Below are positions 30,601 to 40,700 of a DNA stretch of 64,000 nucleotides, in pieces; the stretch's first letter is position 1, and each line of letters starts with the position of its first letter. A model generated the notes under the pieces. That model had not been told where the DNA came from. It ran no database searches and saw only the letters and a program-made list of their open reading frames with translations. The DNA comes from Phyllobates terribilis (Eukaryota), in NCBI RefSeq assembly GCF_046119375.1, contig NW_027362765.1, forward strand, positions 120,528,001 to 120,592,000. The letters run 5' to 3'. Both the position numbers and the translations under genes were made by a program.

Positions 30601-33151
30601 TTATCCTGTACTGATCCTGAGTTACATCCTGTATTATACTCCAGAGCTGCACTCACTATTCTGCTGATGCAGTCACTGTGTACATACATTACATTACTTA
30701 TACTGTACTGATCCTGAGTTACATCCTGTATTATATTCCAGAGCAGCACTCACTATTCTACTGGTGGAGTCACTGTGTACATACATTACATTACTTATCC
30801 TGTACTGATCCTGAGTTACATCCTGTATTATACTCCAGAGCTGCACTCACTATTCTGCTGGTGGAGTCACTGTGTACATACATTACATTACTTATCCTGT
30901 ACTGATCCTGAGTTACATCCTGTATTATACTGCAGAGCTGCACTCACTATTCTGCTTGTTGTTATTAGAAGCAGACAGTACACTTTGTCAGACACACACC
31001 TTAACATTTAGCTAAGTTTCTGTAATACCTGGGAGGCAATTCGTTTCTTCCAGACGACTATACAGGGGCGGTATGAATATGACCTTTTTCAGAATGGAAA
31101 TCACCAGAGCTTGCACTATGCAGATACTGAACAAGCAGAACCTCTACCTAATTCTTTTTTTTTTTAATTCTGTGCTGCAGAACTAAGGCCAGTCAGTATG
31201 GATCCTCTTTACCACCCCCCAAAGTGGCCAATACCAAATGCCTCCTCCACTGAGGATGCAACCTACTCTAACCTAAACTACAACCCTAAGAACTCCCTGT
31301 ATGAATGTGTGGGGTCTCGGGTGGACATGGAGTCTTCCCTCAGCGAACCTCAATTCAATGTGGTCACGGCTGAGTACGCCTGTGTGCGAAAGGTGAAGAA
31401 GGCTGCAAACCAGAGGGCACCAGACACCAGGGAAGAGGAGAAGACCCAACCGCCGGCTTCAGCTGGAGAACCTTGTCTTCCAAGTCGTCCAGCTGATCTG
31501 ACTGTACGTGTTCTGGGTTATTACGTGGCAATATCCTCCATTGTTGTTCTTGCTTTTCAGTCATTTCCATTTTTGGAAATGTTATGTTGTAACTAAGATG
31601 TCCACAAGCTGGGCTCCCACCAAGAGTTGTAATTCACAACTCCAGGAAAGCTGGGTGGCAGCTCATCTGACATCGAGATTGGTCGCCAACCAGATTTCTC
31701 AGAGAAAGTAAAATCTATTCAGCCACGTCGGAGCAGCACAACCCTATACATGGCATACTGCGATTGTGGCAGGTGCAGCAACATCAGGGATTGTAAATGG
31801 ACCCTGATCGGTGCCCCAGTCCATATGTCAGGCATCTGGACTATAGGAAATTTGTATAGAATTTGCATTGTTAGGTGGATATCTTTAATCTGGCATCCGA
31901 TAGTACAGAAATGTTGATGATCCACAGCGTTTTCCAGCACGGCCTTGCATTCTCACAAAAGTCAGACACTGACGAAACAATATAATGCTCTATGACAGTC
32001 AGACAATCCTGATCTAGTGATAATCCCACACTTAAAAATCCATGCAGAATCTATTGTAATTGCCCGACATTTATAATACTGGTGTTTTTCAGACCCCATC
32101 AGGCCTGCTGACTGAGTGGTAATTCATACATTTATGTCATACCCATGGGCTAGATCATAAATGTACAGTAAAGGTGGACCCCCACCTATGAGATTTGCAT
32201 CTGTTACCCCCATCACGCTCTGCCTTGTGTTTAAAATTCCGATATAAATGAATGAGAATTCTGTCCTCCCCTCTAATCCCCACGGCAGCATCGAGAGAGA
32301 TTTAAATCCCATTGGTGGGATCCACCTGTACTGTACGTTTATACCATATCACTTGGATCTGCCATAGATATATGAGATGAGAATACCTATTTAAAGGGGT
32401 TCTCCAGTTTAAAAAAAAAAAACTAACAAAAAAACTCACCTGAGCTTTACTCACTCTGCCCAGGTCAGACGCCGATTCTCAACTGCTTCTTCCGGTCTGT
32501 AATTGTCTGCAGCGCTGATGGAACGCCGAGAGCGCTGCAGCCAAACAACGCTGAAGTTGTCAATTCAGGCGGAGACGTTGAGCTCCGTTAGATCAGGGGA
32601 AAGAAGGGCTACTCTTCATGTATAGAGGGGAGCTGCTTGTTGTCAATCAAGCCTTTGGACAACACCTATCTTCTTATGTGTACGGGCCGCATTCTGCAAC
32701 TTCTGCCCCTTTTAAGTGTTCTCTACAAGACCCATGCATTACAAAATACAAGACTTAAGATGTCCATACACATTAGTTTGTAGGTTTCATTTTAGTCATG
32801 TGCAGTGCCACATGTGTCCAGCAGATGGCAATCTCTCCATTACACTCTATAGAATCCATCTTCTAGTAACTTGTGACCGGCAGAAGGCGGGAAGCGAGAG
32901 GTGCTGCAACATTTTTGCAAATCCTAGCAAATTTTAATTTTTCTACTTCTGTCTTGCAGCTTGAAGACATGTACTCCAAAGTACAGAAGAAAAAGAAGGC
33001 GAGAGAAACGGAGAGCACCGAGGGGTTAATAAAGACATGTGACGAAGAGGTCGTTCACTCCGAGCTTCCCGTCAGTCAACCTGAAGAAAACTTGTACGAG
33101 AGCATAAGCGACATGAGCAGCCATCACACTAACTGCAGCACTGAGGTCTAG
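15624..33151 (+). CDS. LIME1: Lck-interacting transmembrane adaptor 1 (about 256 aa)
   Basis: Exons 15624-15736 (TM segment plus CMFC palmitoylation motif then KKR), 28816-28870, 29530-29617 (TLLRQTQLRSLSKSDTKLHE, cf. human [20 protein letters not shown]), 31181-31503 (LRPVSMD, ATYSNL, AEYACV), 32960-33151 (DMYSKV, ENLYESI). Total 771 nt, phases consistent. Syntenic position between ZGPAT and SLC2A4RG. Confidence 0.9.
16531..16794 (-). mobile_element. tRNA-derived SINE (V-SINE type)
   Basis: Reverse strand reads ggcacggtggctcagtggttagc (A box) ... gggttcaaatccc (B box), central ggtttcctccgggttctccggtttcctcccacactcc, and a (TTA)n-type tail. Confidence 0.85.
16868..18045 (-). mobile_element. 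Defective Tc1 (DD34E) transposon, copy B
   Basis: Same TIRs and transposase remnant as 445-1584; shares a 14-bp insertion in the NPIE region with copy A. Confidence 0.93.
18135..18235 (-). pseudogene. ARFRP1: Orphan duplicate of the penultimate ARFRP1 coding exon (exon 7) with both splice sites
   Basis: Appears identical to 1675-1775 (GCLSIPDIKTAFSDCINKIGKRDCLTQACSALSG) at offset 16460. Flanks 18046-18353 match 1585-1893 with a few substitutions. Confidence 0.95.
19839..21425 (+). CDS. DIRS gag-like ORF1 (528 aa), open
   Basis: N-terminal CxxC...CxxC, Ser/Arg-rich linker, and a region resembling the LAP2alpha-like domain typical of vertebrate DIRS gag (PPEVDPPVSRL...DRQVERMARSIFEAAG). Confidence 0.85.
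   Translation: MPGSRSKRTRQDCCYALCTACSNTLPSGSTYPHCQDCTQTTVPEPQEAPANASVSNATLEWVTQMSQSMTQSIDNLTSTLPQVLQSHASAMNATQQREGSTRGHDDPGTSTSRSGRKRTHRSRSSASSHSTRSSPSRERHRSSRSSRPSPARDRQCSSPQRSPTREGLHPGSPSRIRLSDTQDSEGICDSDSDKETEGSLIPIPPSNTALVEDVISSIHQVLDISDPPPEAPQHKISFEGVLKPPKVFLDHPEFKSILKKQFSQPEKKFTNRKYLEARYPFPQETTKEWTDPPEVDPPVSRLAAQSLLSLPDSSTLRDTADRQVERMARSIFEAAGASLAPAFASVWAAKAILAWAQNLPSGLPVSAPKLSDQAVELADVADYMLHAALDSARGAAGIASNAITIRFILLLWEWKADAASKKSLTHLPYLSGRLFGEQLDTIISNATGGKNTSLPQLKPKRTYKKRNQTLFRSFRNSSGWSVSRPAQNSNRPIRRDNSRSTQKSDQTWQSKAGQSKFKGGKSQTSSSS
21469..23290 (+). pseudogene. DIRS pol: reverse transcriptase, RNase H and methyltransferase-like domain, disrupted
   Basis: RT motifs (ILDLKQLNK, DIQDAY, LPFGL, YLDD), RNase H (DVSLTGWG, INILE, SDNATAV), MT-like segment (DVDLMAS...YIFPP). 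In-frame stops TAG 22450-22452 and TGA 22528-22530. Confidence 0.92.
23290..24314 (+). pseudogene. DIRS tyrosine recombinase (YR), N-terminal part frameshifted or deleted
   Basis: Catalytic residues present: LRRVSEL (R), HSIR (HxxR), FTKHY (Y). The N-terminal part (ARKPTSAKIYYRTWKAF) is in a different frame from 23421-24314. Confidence 0.9.
24755..25618. mobile_element. PIF/Harbinger-type MITE inserted in the DIRS right terminus
   Basis: TIRs ggctatgtgcacacgatgc / gcatcgtgtgcacacagcc; 3-bp TSD TAA (24752-24754 and 25619-25621). Removing it restores gaggctaagagaaag, the complement of the ICR. Confidence 0.9.
26090..28015. repeat. C-rich minisatellite, 25-27 bp unit (tccccccctccttgtgtgcatgttgc), preceded by a short 21-bp array
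   Basis: Roughly 70 tandem copies that vary mainly in C-run length. Confidence 0.97.
28025..28385. repeat. 31-bp minisatellite (ggggcccattatactgtagggaggcctgtgt)
   Basis: About 11-12 near-identical copies. Confidence 0.95.
29765..30960. repeat. About 97-bp tandem satellite in a LIME1 intron
   Basis: Unit tacattacattacttatcctgtactgatcctgagttacatcctgtattatactccagagctgcactcactattctgctggtggagtcactgtgtaca, about 12-13 copies with shortened variants. Confidence 0.95.
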
Positions 33152-34233
33152 GCGTAAAGGCAGGGGACGTGGTGTTTCCATTCTGCACCATTTTTCAGCA
33201 TCTGTGCTTGCTGTCAGTCACAAGAACACTCTAGGTTAAGTAAGAACCTTGAAAAGCTGGTCCATGCCTCATACATTTGAGCATGTTTCCAATTCTCATT
33301 CAGTGACAGCAAGCATAGATGGGACATACACTTTGTAACAGAAAGCCGCAGGACGTTTCAGCATATAATGATTGATCTATATTTACCGTGAACGTTATTT
33401 AAAGGAGAAGTTACTGCTGGGGCGGCAGTGCTAGTCACCCACTGAATCCCTTTTTAAAGTGGTGGCTCAATATTCTGTATCTTTAAATTTGGTGAAGGCA
33501 ATAGCATGAAATAAGGAAAGTTTCAGTTCACTGACCCCCATGCTAACATCTACTGACCCTTAACTCTAATATAGTCATCTATAATTTTAGGGTGGCGTTC
33601 CCGTTTAAATTGCAGGGGTCGCATTGTGACCCTAAATGTACTTTGCCCCCAATAGATAAGTTCCAAACAAATGCATCGGATTCTGACATTTAGCGTCTTG
33701 CTTGTCACGATCACAGTATCTTGCGGTTCGCAGTGCGATCCCATTCACTTGTAGTATGCAGCAAACAACGATGTTTGGCCAAGTGACCTGTGTTGGTGCC
33801 AAAATTGCTGTATAGTCCCAGCCTTAAAAGGAACCTGGCATCAAGACTGGCTCTTGTAAGAGGAAGATGGCATCTGAATCTGGTCGCTCATTAAAGGGGT
33901 TGTTTGGTTAAAACAAGTTATAACCCCAATCTGCAGGCTAGGTGATTACTTGCTGATCGTGGGGGTCCAACCGCTGGGGCCCTCACCAGTCGGCAGGACT
34001 TTTATCCCCATAAGTATGCCGTGGCAATGGGTGTGTGTGACGGGCTCCATTTATTCCCTCTGATGCTGCTGAGCTCTGCTTTTTCCGGCAGCCCTATAGG
34101 AAATGATTGGTGTGGTGGGCGGGCGGTCTGTCTTTACACTTCATCTCGTGCTGAGTAAGCTGGTCAAAAGGCAAGCTATTGTAACCGGACAACCTCTTTA
34201 AGTGTCCTTTCCCTCATGTTTGAGAGTTACATA

Positions 34234-35861
34234 TAGTACAGACCAAAAGTTTGGACACACCTTCTCATTTAAAGATTTTTCTGTATTTTCATGACTATGA
34301 AAATTGTACATTCACACTGAAGGCATCAAAACTATGAATTAACACATGTGGAATTATATACTTAACAAAAAAGTGTGAAACAACTGAAAATATGTCTTAT
34401 ATTTTAGGTTCTTCAAAGTAGCCACCTTTTGCTTTGATGACTGCTTTGCACACTCTTGGCATTCTCTTGATGAGCTTCAAGAGGTAGTCACCGGAAATGG
34501 TCTTCCAACAATCTTGAAGGAGTTCCCAGAGATGCTTAGCACTTGTTGGCCCTTTTGCCTTCACTCTGCGGTCCAGCTCACCCCAAACCATCTCGATTGG
34601 GTTCAGGTCTGGAGACTGTGGAGGCCAGGTCATCTGGCGTAGCACCCCATCACTCTCCTTCTTGGTCAAATAGCCCTTACTCAGCCTGAAGGTGTGTTTG
34701 GGGTCATTGTCCTGTTGAAAAATAAATGATGGTCCAGCTAAACGCAAACCGGATGGAATAGCATGCCGCTGCAAGATGCTGTGGTAGCCATGCTGGTTCA
34801 GTATGCCTTCAATTTTGAATAAATCCCCAACAGTGTCACCAGCAAAGCACCCCCACACCATCACACCTCCTCCTCCATGCTTCACGGTGGGAACCAGGCA
34901 TGTAGAGTCCATCCGTTCACCTTTTCTGCGTCGCACAAAGACACGGTGGTTGGAACCAAAGATCTCAAATTTGGACTCATCAGACCAAAGCACAGATTTC
35001 CACTGGTCTAGTGTCCATTCCTTGTGTTCTTTAGCCCAAACAAGTCTCTTCTGCTCGTTGCCTGTCCTTAGCAGTGGTTTCCTAGCAGCTATTTTACCAC
35101 GAAGGCCTGCTGCACAAAGTCTCCTCTTAACAGTTGTTGTAGAGATGTGTCTGCTGCTAGAACTCTGTGTGGCATTGACGTGGTCTCTAATCTGAGCTGC
35201 TGTTAACCTGCGATTTCTGAGGCTGGTGACTCGGATAAACTTATCCTCAGAAGCAGAGGTGACTCTTGTTCTTCCTTTCCTGGGGCGGTCCTCATGTGAG
35301 CCAGTTTCTTTGTAGCGCTTGATGGTTTTTGCAACTGCACTTGGTGACACTTTCATAGTTTTCCCAATTTTTCGCACTGACTGACCTTCATTTCTTAAAG
35401 TAATGATGGCCACTCGTTTTTCTTTACTTAGCTGCTTTTTTCTTGCCATAATACAAATTCTAACAGTCTATTCAGTAGGACTATCAGCTGTGTATCCACC
35501 AGACCTCTGCATAACACAACTGATGGTCCCAACCCCATTTATAAGGCAAGAAATCCCACTTATTAAACCTGACAGGGCACACCTGAGAAGTGAAAACCAT
35601 TTCCGGTGAGTACCTCTTGAAGCTCATCAAGAGAATGCCAAGAGTGTGCAAAGCAGTCATCAAAGCAAAAGGTGGCTACTTTGAAGAACCTAGAATATAA
35701 GACATATTTTCAGTTGTTTCACCCTTTTTTGTTAAGTATATAATTCCACATGTGTTAATTCATAGTTTTGATGCCTTCAGTGTGAATGTACAATTTTCAT
35801 AGTCATGAAAATACAGAAAAATCTTTAAATGAGAAGGTGTGTCCAAACTTGGTCTGTACTG
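34234..35861 (-). mobile_element. Full-length Tc1-family transposon, DD38E (Intruder-type)
   Basis: TA TSD (34232-34233, 35862-35863); inverted repeats of about 265 bp (about 34234-34501 and 35597-35861); single intact ORF. Confidence 0.95.
34397..35449 (-). CDS. Tc1 transposase, 350 aa, uninterrupted ORF, DD38E triad
   Basis: HTH region, [22 protein letters not shown]; 38 residues counted between the second D and the E. Confidence 0.93.
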   Translation of the reverse strand: MARKKQLSKEKRVAIITLRNEGQSVRKIGKTMKVSPSAVAKTIKRYKETGSHEDRPRKGRTRVTSASEDKFIRVTSLRNRRLTAAQIRDHVNATQSSSSRHISTTTVKRRLCAAGLRGKIAARKPLLRTGNEQKRLVWAKEHKEWTLDQWKSVLWSDESKFEIFGSNHRVFVRRRKGERMDSTCLVPTVKHGGGGVMVWGCFAGDTVGDLFKIEGILNQHGYHSILQRHAIPSGLRLAGPSFIFQQDNDPKHTFRLSKGYLTKKESDGVLRQMTWPPQSPDLNPIEMVWGELDRRVKAKGPTSAKHLWELLQDCWKTISGDYLLKLIKRMPRVCKAVIKAKGGYFEEPKI

Positions 35862-35874
35862 TACATTAGACAGC

Positions 35875-36080
35875 GCCCCGTAACCTTACAATAGACTGCA
35901 CCCCGTTACCTTACATTAGACCGCGCCCCGTTACCTTACATTAGCTTACCTTAGTCCGCGCCCCGTTACTTTACCTTAGTCTCTGCCCGTTACCTTACAA
36001 TAAACCGCGCCCCGTTACCTTACATTAGTCCCCTCCCTGTAACCATACATTAGTTTTCCTTGGTCTACGCCCCGTTCCTA
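35875..36080. repeat. About 25-bp degenerate minisatellite (ccgcgccccgttaccttacattaga)
   Basis: About 7-8 diverged copies immediately after the transposon. Confidence 0.8.
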
Positions 36081-37399
36081 ATGCTGACTGCAGGTTCGCT
36101 TCTGTTCACACAACGGCTTCCCATCATCTCCTCATACTCACTGGCTGCATTCTTATCACAACGTAAACACACAAAATAGCCGCTTGTGGCGAGGGCAAAT
36201 GCCACGTACAAGTCACCCTATGAAAATGATCTACACTTTTTAGAATTTTTAATACTTTTAGTTTCTTTCTGCCGTCATCCTTTATGATAACTGCAAAGAA
36301 AGCGAACGTAAAAGTATTCACATCCCATCTACTACGATGTGCAAGAGACAAGTCATCGACCACCGGAAAGCGAAGACACTGAGGCTGTCACTGAGATAAT
36401 TAGTTCTCCCTCAAATCCCAAAGTCCCCGTCAGTCCTGGAGTCCTGTTCTGTCATGGCGTGTCAGGTCCTGGCAAACAAAATGGCTGCCATTGTTGCTCC
36501 CAAAGTCCTTATTGGGGGTGTGTATAGGGGCTTACACCTGGTTATAGGAGGTGTGGGTGTGTTACCAGGGGTGTAACTATAGTGGGTTAACCCGGCCCTG
36601 GAGCCCCAAAAGGTCCCTTCAGCCCAGGAGACTCTGCAGGACTCAGAGTGACCATACAGTGGCAGCCATATTGATTTCAACGTGGCTGACTCCAGGATGA
36701 GGGCCATTTATTGGGATTTGTGAGGATGAATTCCCGTCCTGTTATATAAACTTTTACATGTCCGTTAATGTTTCGTTGCGCTGTTATGTTTTAATGGATT
36801 AAACGTTTTCTCCATAAACTTTTGAGGTGTTTTTTTTATTTGTAACCCGGGTGTTAACGTCTCATTATAAAGCCGCCCCCTCCCCTCCTCCTTTGTTGCT
36901 GCCATTTTCTAGAAACAGCAGAATAGGCAGAAAGTGGAGCTGTTGCCCCTAGCAACCAATAAGAATCAAGCTTTCATTTCTCCAGGGAGTGTGAGTGGGT
37001 GAGAGCTGTAAGCCGATTGGTTGCTCCATTTTGTTTCTGCATCATTGTTTTTTATTTATTTTTATTAAGTTCCGCCTTTTTTTGTAATAGTTTTTTTCAC
37101 TTCCTGAAAAAGAAATTTTCTAAATTCCAGAACTGCGTTGATCATATGCGGCCATGTCCCTGTCATGGAGGACTTGGTACATGAGGGCAGACAGGATGTC
37201 ACCCGGCTCTACCTAGAGTCCCGAGGATCAGATGGGACAGGGGACGTTGTGCAGCTGAGGACATGAGGCTGTGTGACGGCCGGTGGTGTCAGCCCGCTCA
37301 GCCCTGCAGGAACAGGTGACGGTGAGTTACAGGGGCCGCACAGCGACAACAAACACCAGAGTCCCGAGACTGCCAGCTGCACCACGCCCCCCTCCTACC

Positions 37400-37710
37400 A
37401 CGAAAGAGTTAAGAATTCTCCAGGGACACGACACGCCCCCATCCTCAGCACGTGACCCAGCCGGCGAACAACAACAAGAGCCAGCCAATGGGAGAGCAGG
37501 GTCTGGCCACGTGCCAGAGAGCAAGGGAGGGCGGGGTCTTGTTGATGTCTGGCGGCAGCCAATAGGAAGAGATTTGAGTTGGGAAGGCGGAGGAGGGCGT
37601 GTCCAGTGCTGAAGGCGGCAGTGTGGGCGGGGTCCCGGTGCGCGCTCTCCGTTGGTCGGTTCTCTCCCCTGCCCCTCCCCCTTTCTTCTCTGGAAGATGG
37701 CGGCTTTGAG
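37400..37710 (+). promoter_or_regulatory. CpG-island promoter of SLC2A4RG
   Basis: E-boxes cacgtg (37449, 37508), CCAAT (37485, 37559), GC boxes gggcgggg (37529, 37625), and YY1-like aagatggcggc overlapping the ATG at 37697. Confidence 0.75.
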
Positions 37711-40700
37711 CACCGGAGGTTTTGACAGAGCGGGCGGGAGCACCGGGGTTCCGCTCCGCCTTCACCAACCTGCAAATCCGGCCGCCCGTATCGAAGAAAC
37801 GTCGCAGAATCTAGGAGCCGGTGCAGAAAGAGCTGAGGTGCGAGGGGGAGGGGCGGACAGTACACCGCTACACGCCACACCCCCTCATAGTGTCCCCGAG
37901 GGCCACACACCCCCTCATAGTGTCCCCGAGGGCCACACACCCCCTCATAGTGTCCCCGAGGGCCACACACCCCCTCATAGTGTCACCGGTGGCCACACAC
38001 CCCCTCATAGTGTCACCGGGGGCCCCACACCCCCCTGCTCGTGGTGTCACCAGTGGCCCCACACCCCCCTGCTCGTGGTGTCACCGGTGGCCCCACACCC
38101 CCCTGCTCGCGGTGTCACCGGGGGCCCCACACCCCCCCTGCTCGCGGTGTCACCGGGGGCCCCACACCCCCCTGCTCGCGGTGTCACCGGGGGCCCCACA
38201 CCCCTCCTGCTCGCGGTGTCACCGGGGGCCCCACACCCCCCCTGCTCGCGGTGTCACCGGGGGCCCCACACCCCCCCTGCTCGCGGTGTCACCGGGGGCC
38301 CCACACCCTTCCTGCTCGCGGTGTCACCGGGGGCCCCACACCCCTCCTGCTCGCGGTGTCACCGGGGGCCCCACACCCCCACTGCTCGCGGTGTCACCGG
38401 GGGCCCCACACCCCCCCCTGCTCGCGGTGTCACCGGGGGCCCCACACCCCTCCTTGTAGTGACCCCGCGAATCACTGCAGATAACACCCTACATCCCCTC
38501 TTGCACCATCTGCACAGCAGAGTCCTCCCTACTCGTCACCTCCAGCATCCGTGTATTCGCCCAGTGGTGTTATCGGCAGGGCTGTGGAGTCGGTAAGCCA
38601 AACTTCCGACTCCATGACACCGACTCCCTCATACATGGCTCATGTTTAGTGATAAATTTACTGTAGCACAGATTCATCTCAGCTAAAAGTCTAGACCCTT
38701 AGATCAGGAATAGGACAGACATCTATAGGACATTTCATAACTTTCCCAAATTCTAATGAAAAAATATTCTCCACAAACTGCATTGAACTACTGTACCCAA
38801 TTTATTATATATTTTAGGAGTCGGACTTGGTCCATTTTATGCCGACTCTGACTCCACCAAAATGGACTCTGACTCCACAACTCCGACTCCACAGCCCTGG
38901 TTATCAGTCCTGCTGAGACCTGTAGTGCCACAAGAGATCACCGCCGACAACTTTGTCACCAGTTTCCTCAAATATAAAACAGCAAGACATGTCCTCAGAT
39001 GCTATATGAGACTGTGACCATTGCCGATCGTCTGACTCAAAAAGTCTCACATGGAACCTGGTGTTTTATATTTGGTGATCTCTTGTGGCACTACAGGTCT
39101 CAGCAGGACTGATAACATCACTTGGTGAATACAATGATGCTGGATGAGAGAGGACTCCGCTGTGCAGATGGTGCATGTGGTGATATTGTGTGTTAGGTAT
39201 CCCTTGTGATCGGTGGCTTTGCCTTGCTCTCATCTCACTCGTGCCCTGTGCCCTGGTACAACCAGTCTGCATGTTTCGTACTGAGGCCTGGGGTTAACCT
39301 CTGATTTCTGGGTTCTCTCGATTGTGAGCTCCTGGGCACAGATTCCGGTCCAGTTTTTCACATGTTACTGTCCACCTGCAGCCAGTACCAGATCCGTGAG
39401 CCACGTCCATGAGAAGAGCAGCTGCACCACATCCAGTATCCCAGCAGCACCATTCTACACTAATGGAGTCAACCCCACGGCTTCTTCACAGCCTCTGCTT
39501 GCAGTCTGTGAATGGGAATGCACATGTAAATATCCAGGTGCTGAAAGCACTGTACAGACTTTGTCTCTCACAGCTGAGAGTTTGTTAAAATTGTATCTGG
39601 TGCAGACGATCCTCTGTGAGCTAAACAGCCTGGACTCCAGACCATGTATCTCACCTGCCCTGATACATTGCCACAAACTCTCAGCTATCAGAAATACTAG
39701 GTCTATGGAGCTTCTCAGTCTCTAGACTTAAAGGAGTCCATTTCCCATTCACTGACAGCAAGCAGAAATGTGAAATGAAATTAATCACAGTGTATAAGAC
39801 AACTGTGGAGCTTTTTATTATGCAGTGATCTCATTTGATGGGCAAATTGAGTTATGCAACTTTCTCTTTAAAAGGGTGACCCGGGCGTACGGACGGGATC
39901 GTGCGATCATGTGACATCACCATGTTTATATTCAGGTTTTTAGAATCCACACTCGCCCCACCGCACGTTTCGTTTTAGTTCCTGCTCAATTTTTGAGTCC
40001 ATGATATACTATGGCTGTGTAGAGGGTCCTGTGTGTACCGTGTGTGGAGAGTCCTGTGTGTACTGTGTGTGGAGAGTCCTGTGTATTATTATTATTATTA
40101 TAGCGCCATTAAAGCGCACCTGTCAGCAGGATTGTGCTCCGTAAATTACATACACTGTCAGGTGGGCGACATTACACTGATTAAAATGATACCTTGGTTG
40201 ATGAAATCCGTCCTGTTGTTGTTGTGTAATCTTTACTTTCAGTTTGGAGATAATGATATGCTTGTGCTTCGGTGCGGCGTGGGGGAGGCGCTCTATATGG
40301 TGCTCTGCTTACATATTCATCTGTATGCTCTTATGGCAGGTCACTGTTCGTTCAGTGACCTGCCTCCTATTTTACCTAGCCCCGCACTACTAGATGCATT
40401 ATGTAAAATAGGAGGCAGGTCAGTGAACGATCAGTGACCTGCCATAAGAGCATACAGATGGATATGTAAGCAGCGAACGAGAGAGAGCGCCCCCCACAGG
40501 CCGCCCCGAAGCACAAGCATATCATTATCTCCAAACTGAAAGTAAAGATTACATAACAACCACAGGACTGATTTCATCATCCAAGGTATCATTTTAATCA
40601 GTGTAATGTCGCCCACCTGACAGTGTATGTAGTTTACTGAGCACAATCCTGCTGACAGGTGCACTTTAATTCTGTGGCGCTATACATGTGAAAGGGGTAT

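Noticed and set aside
29741-31011. Regularly spaced repeats resembling a CRISPR array, and repeated short ORFs
   Set aside because: Head-to-tail 97-bp satellite with no unique spacers, in a vertebrate intron with no cas genes.
31861-32200. Two octamer motifs (ATTTGCAT) in the last LIME1 intron
   Set aside because: An AT-rich 8-mer expected occasionally by chance (another lies near 53692), with no supporting motif cluster.
36940-36962. X-box-like gttgcccctagcaaccaat upstream of SLC2A4RG
   Set aside because: The context resembles a common frog dispersed repeat, so it is not evidence of specific regulation.
37652-38596. 314-aa ORF as a single-exon gene
   Set aside because: Only the first about 47 codons from ATG 37697 plausibly belong to SLC2A4RG exon 1; the rest reads through an intronic minisatellite.
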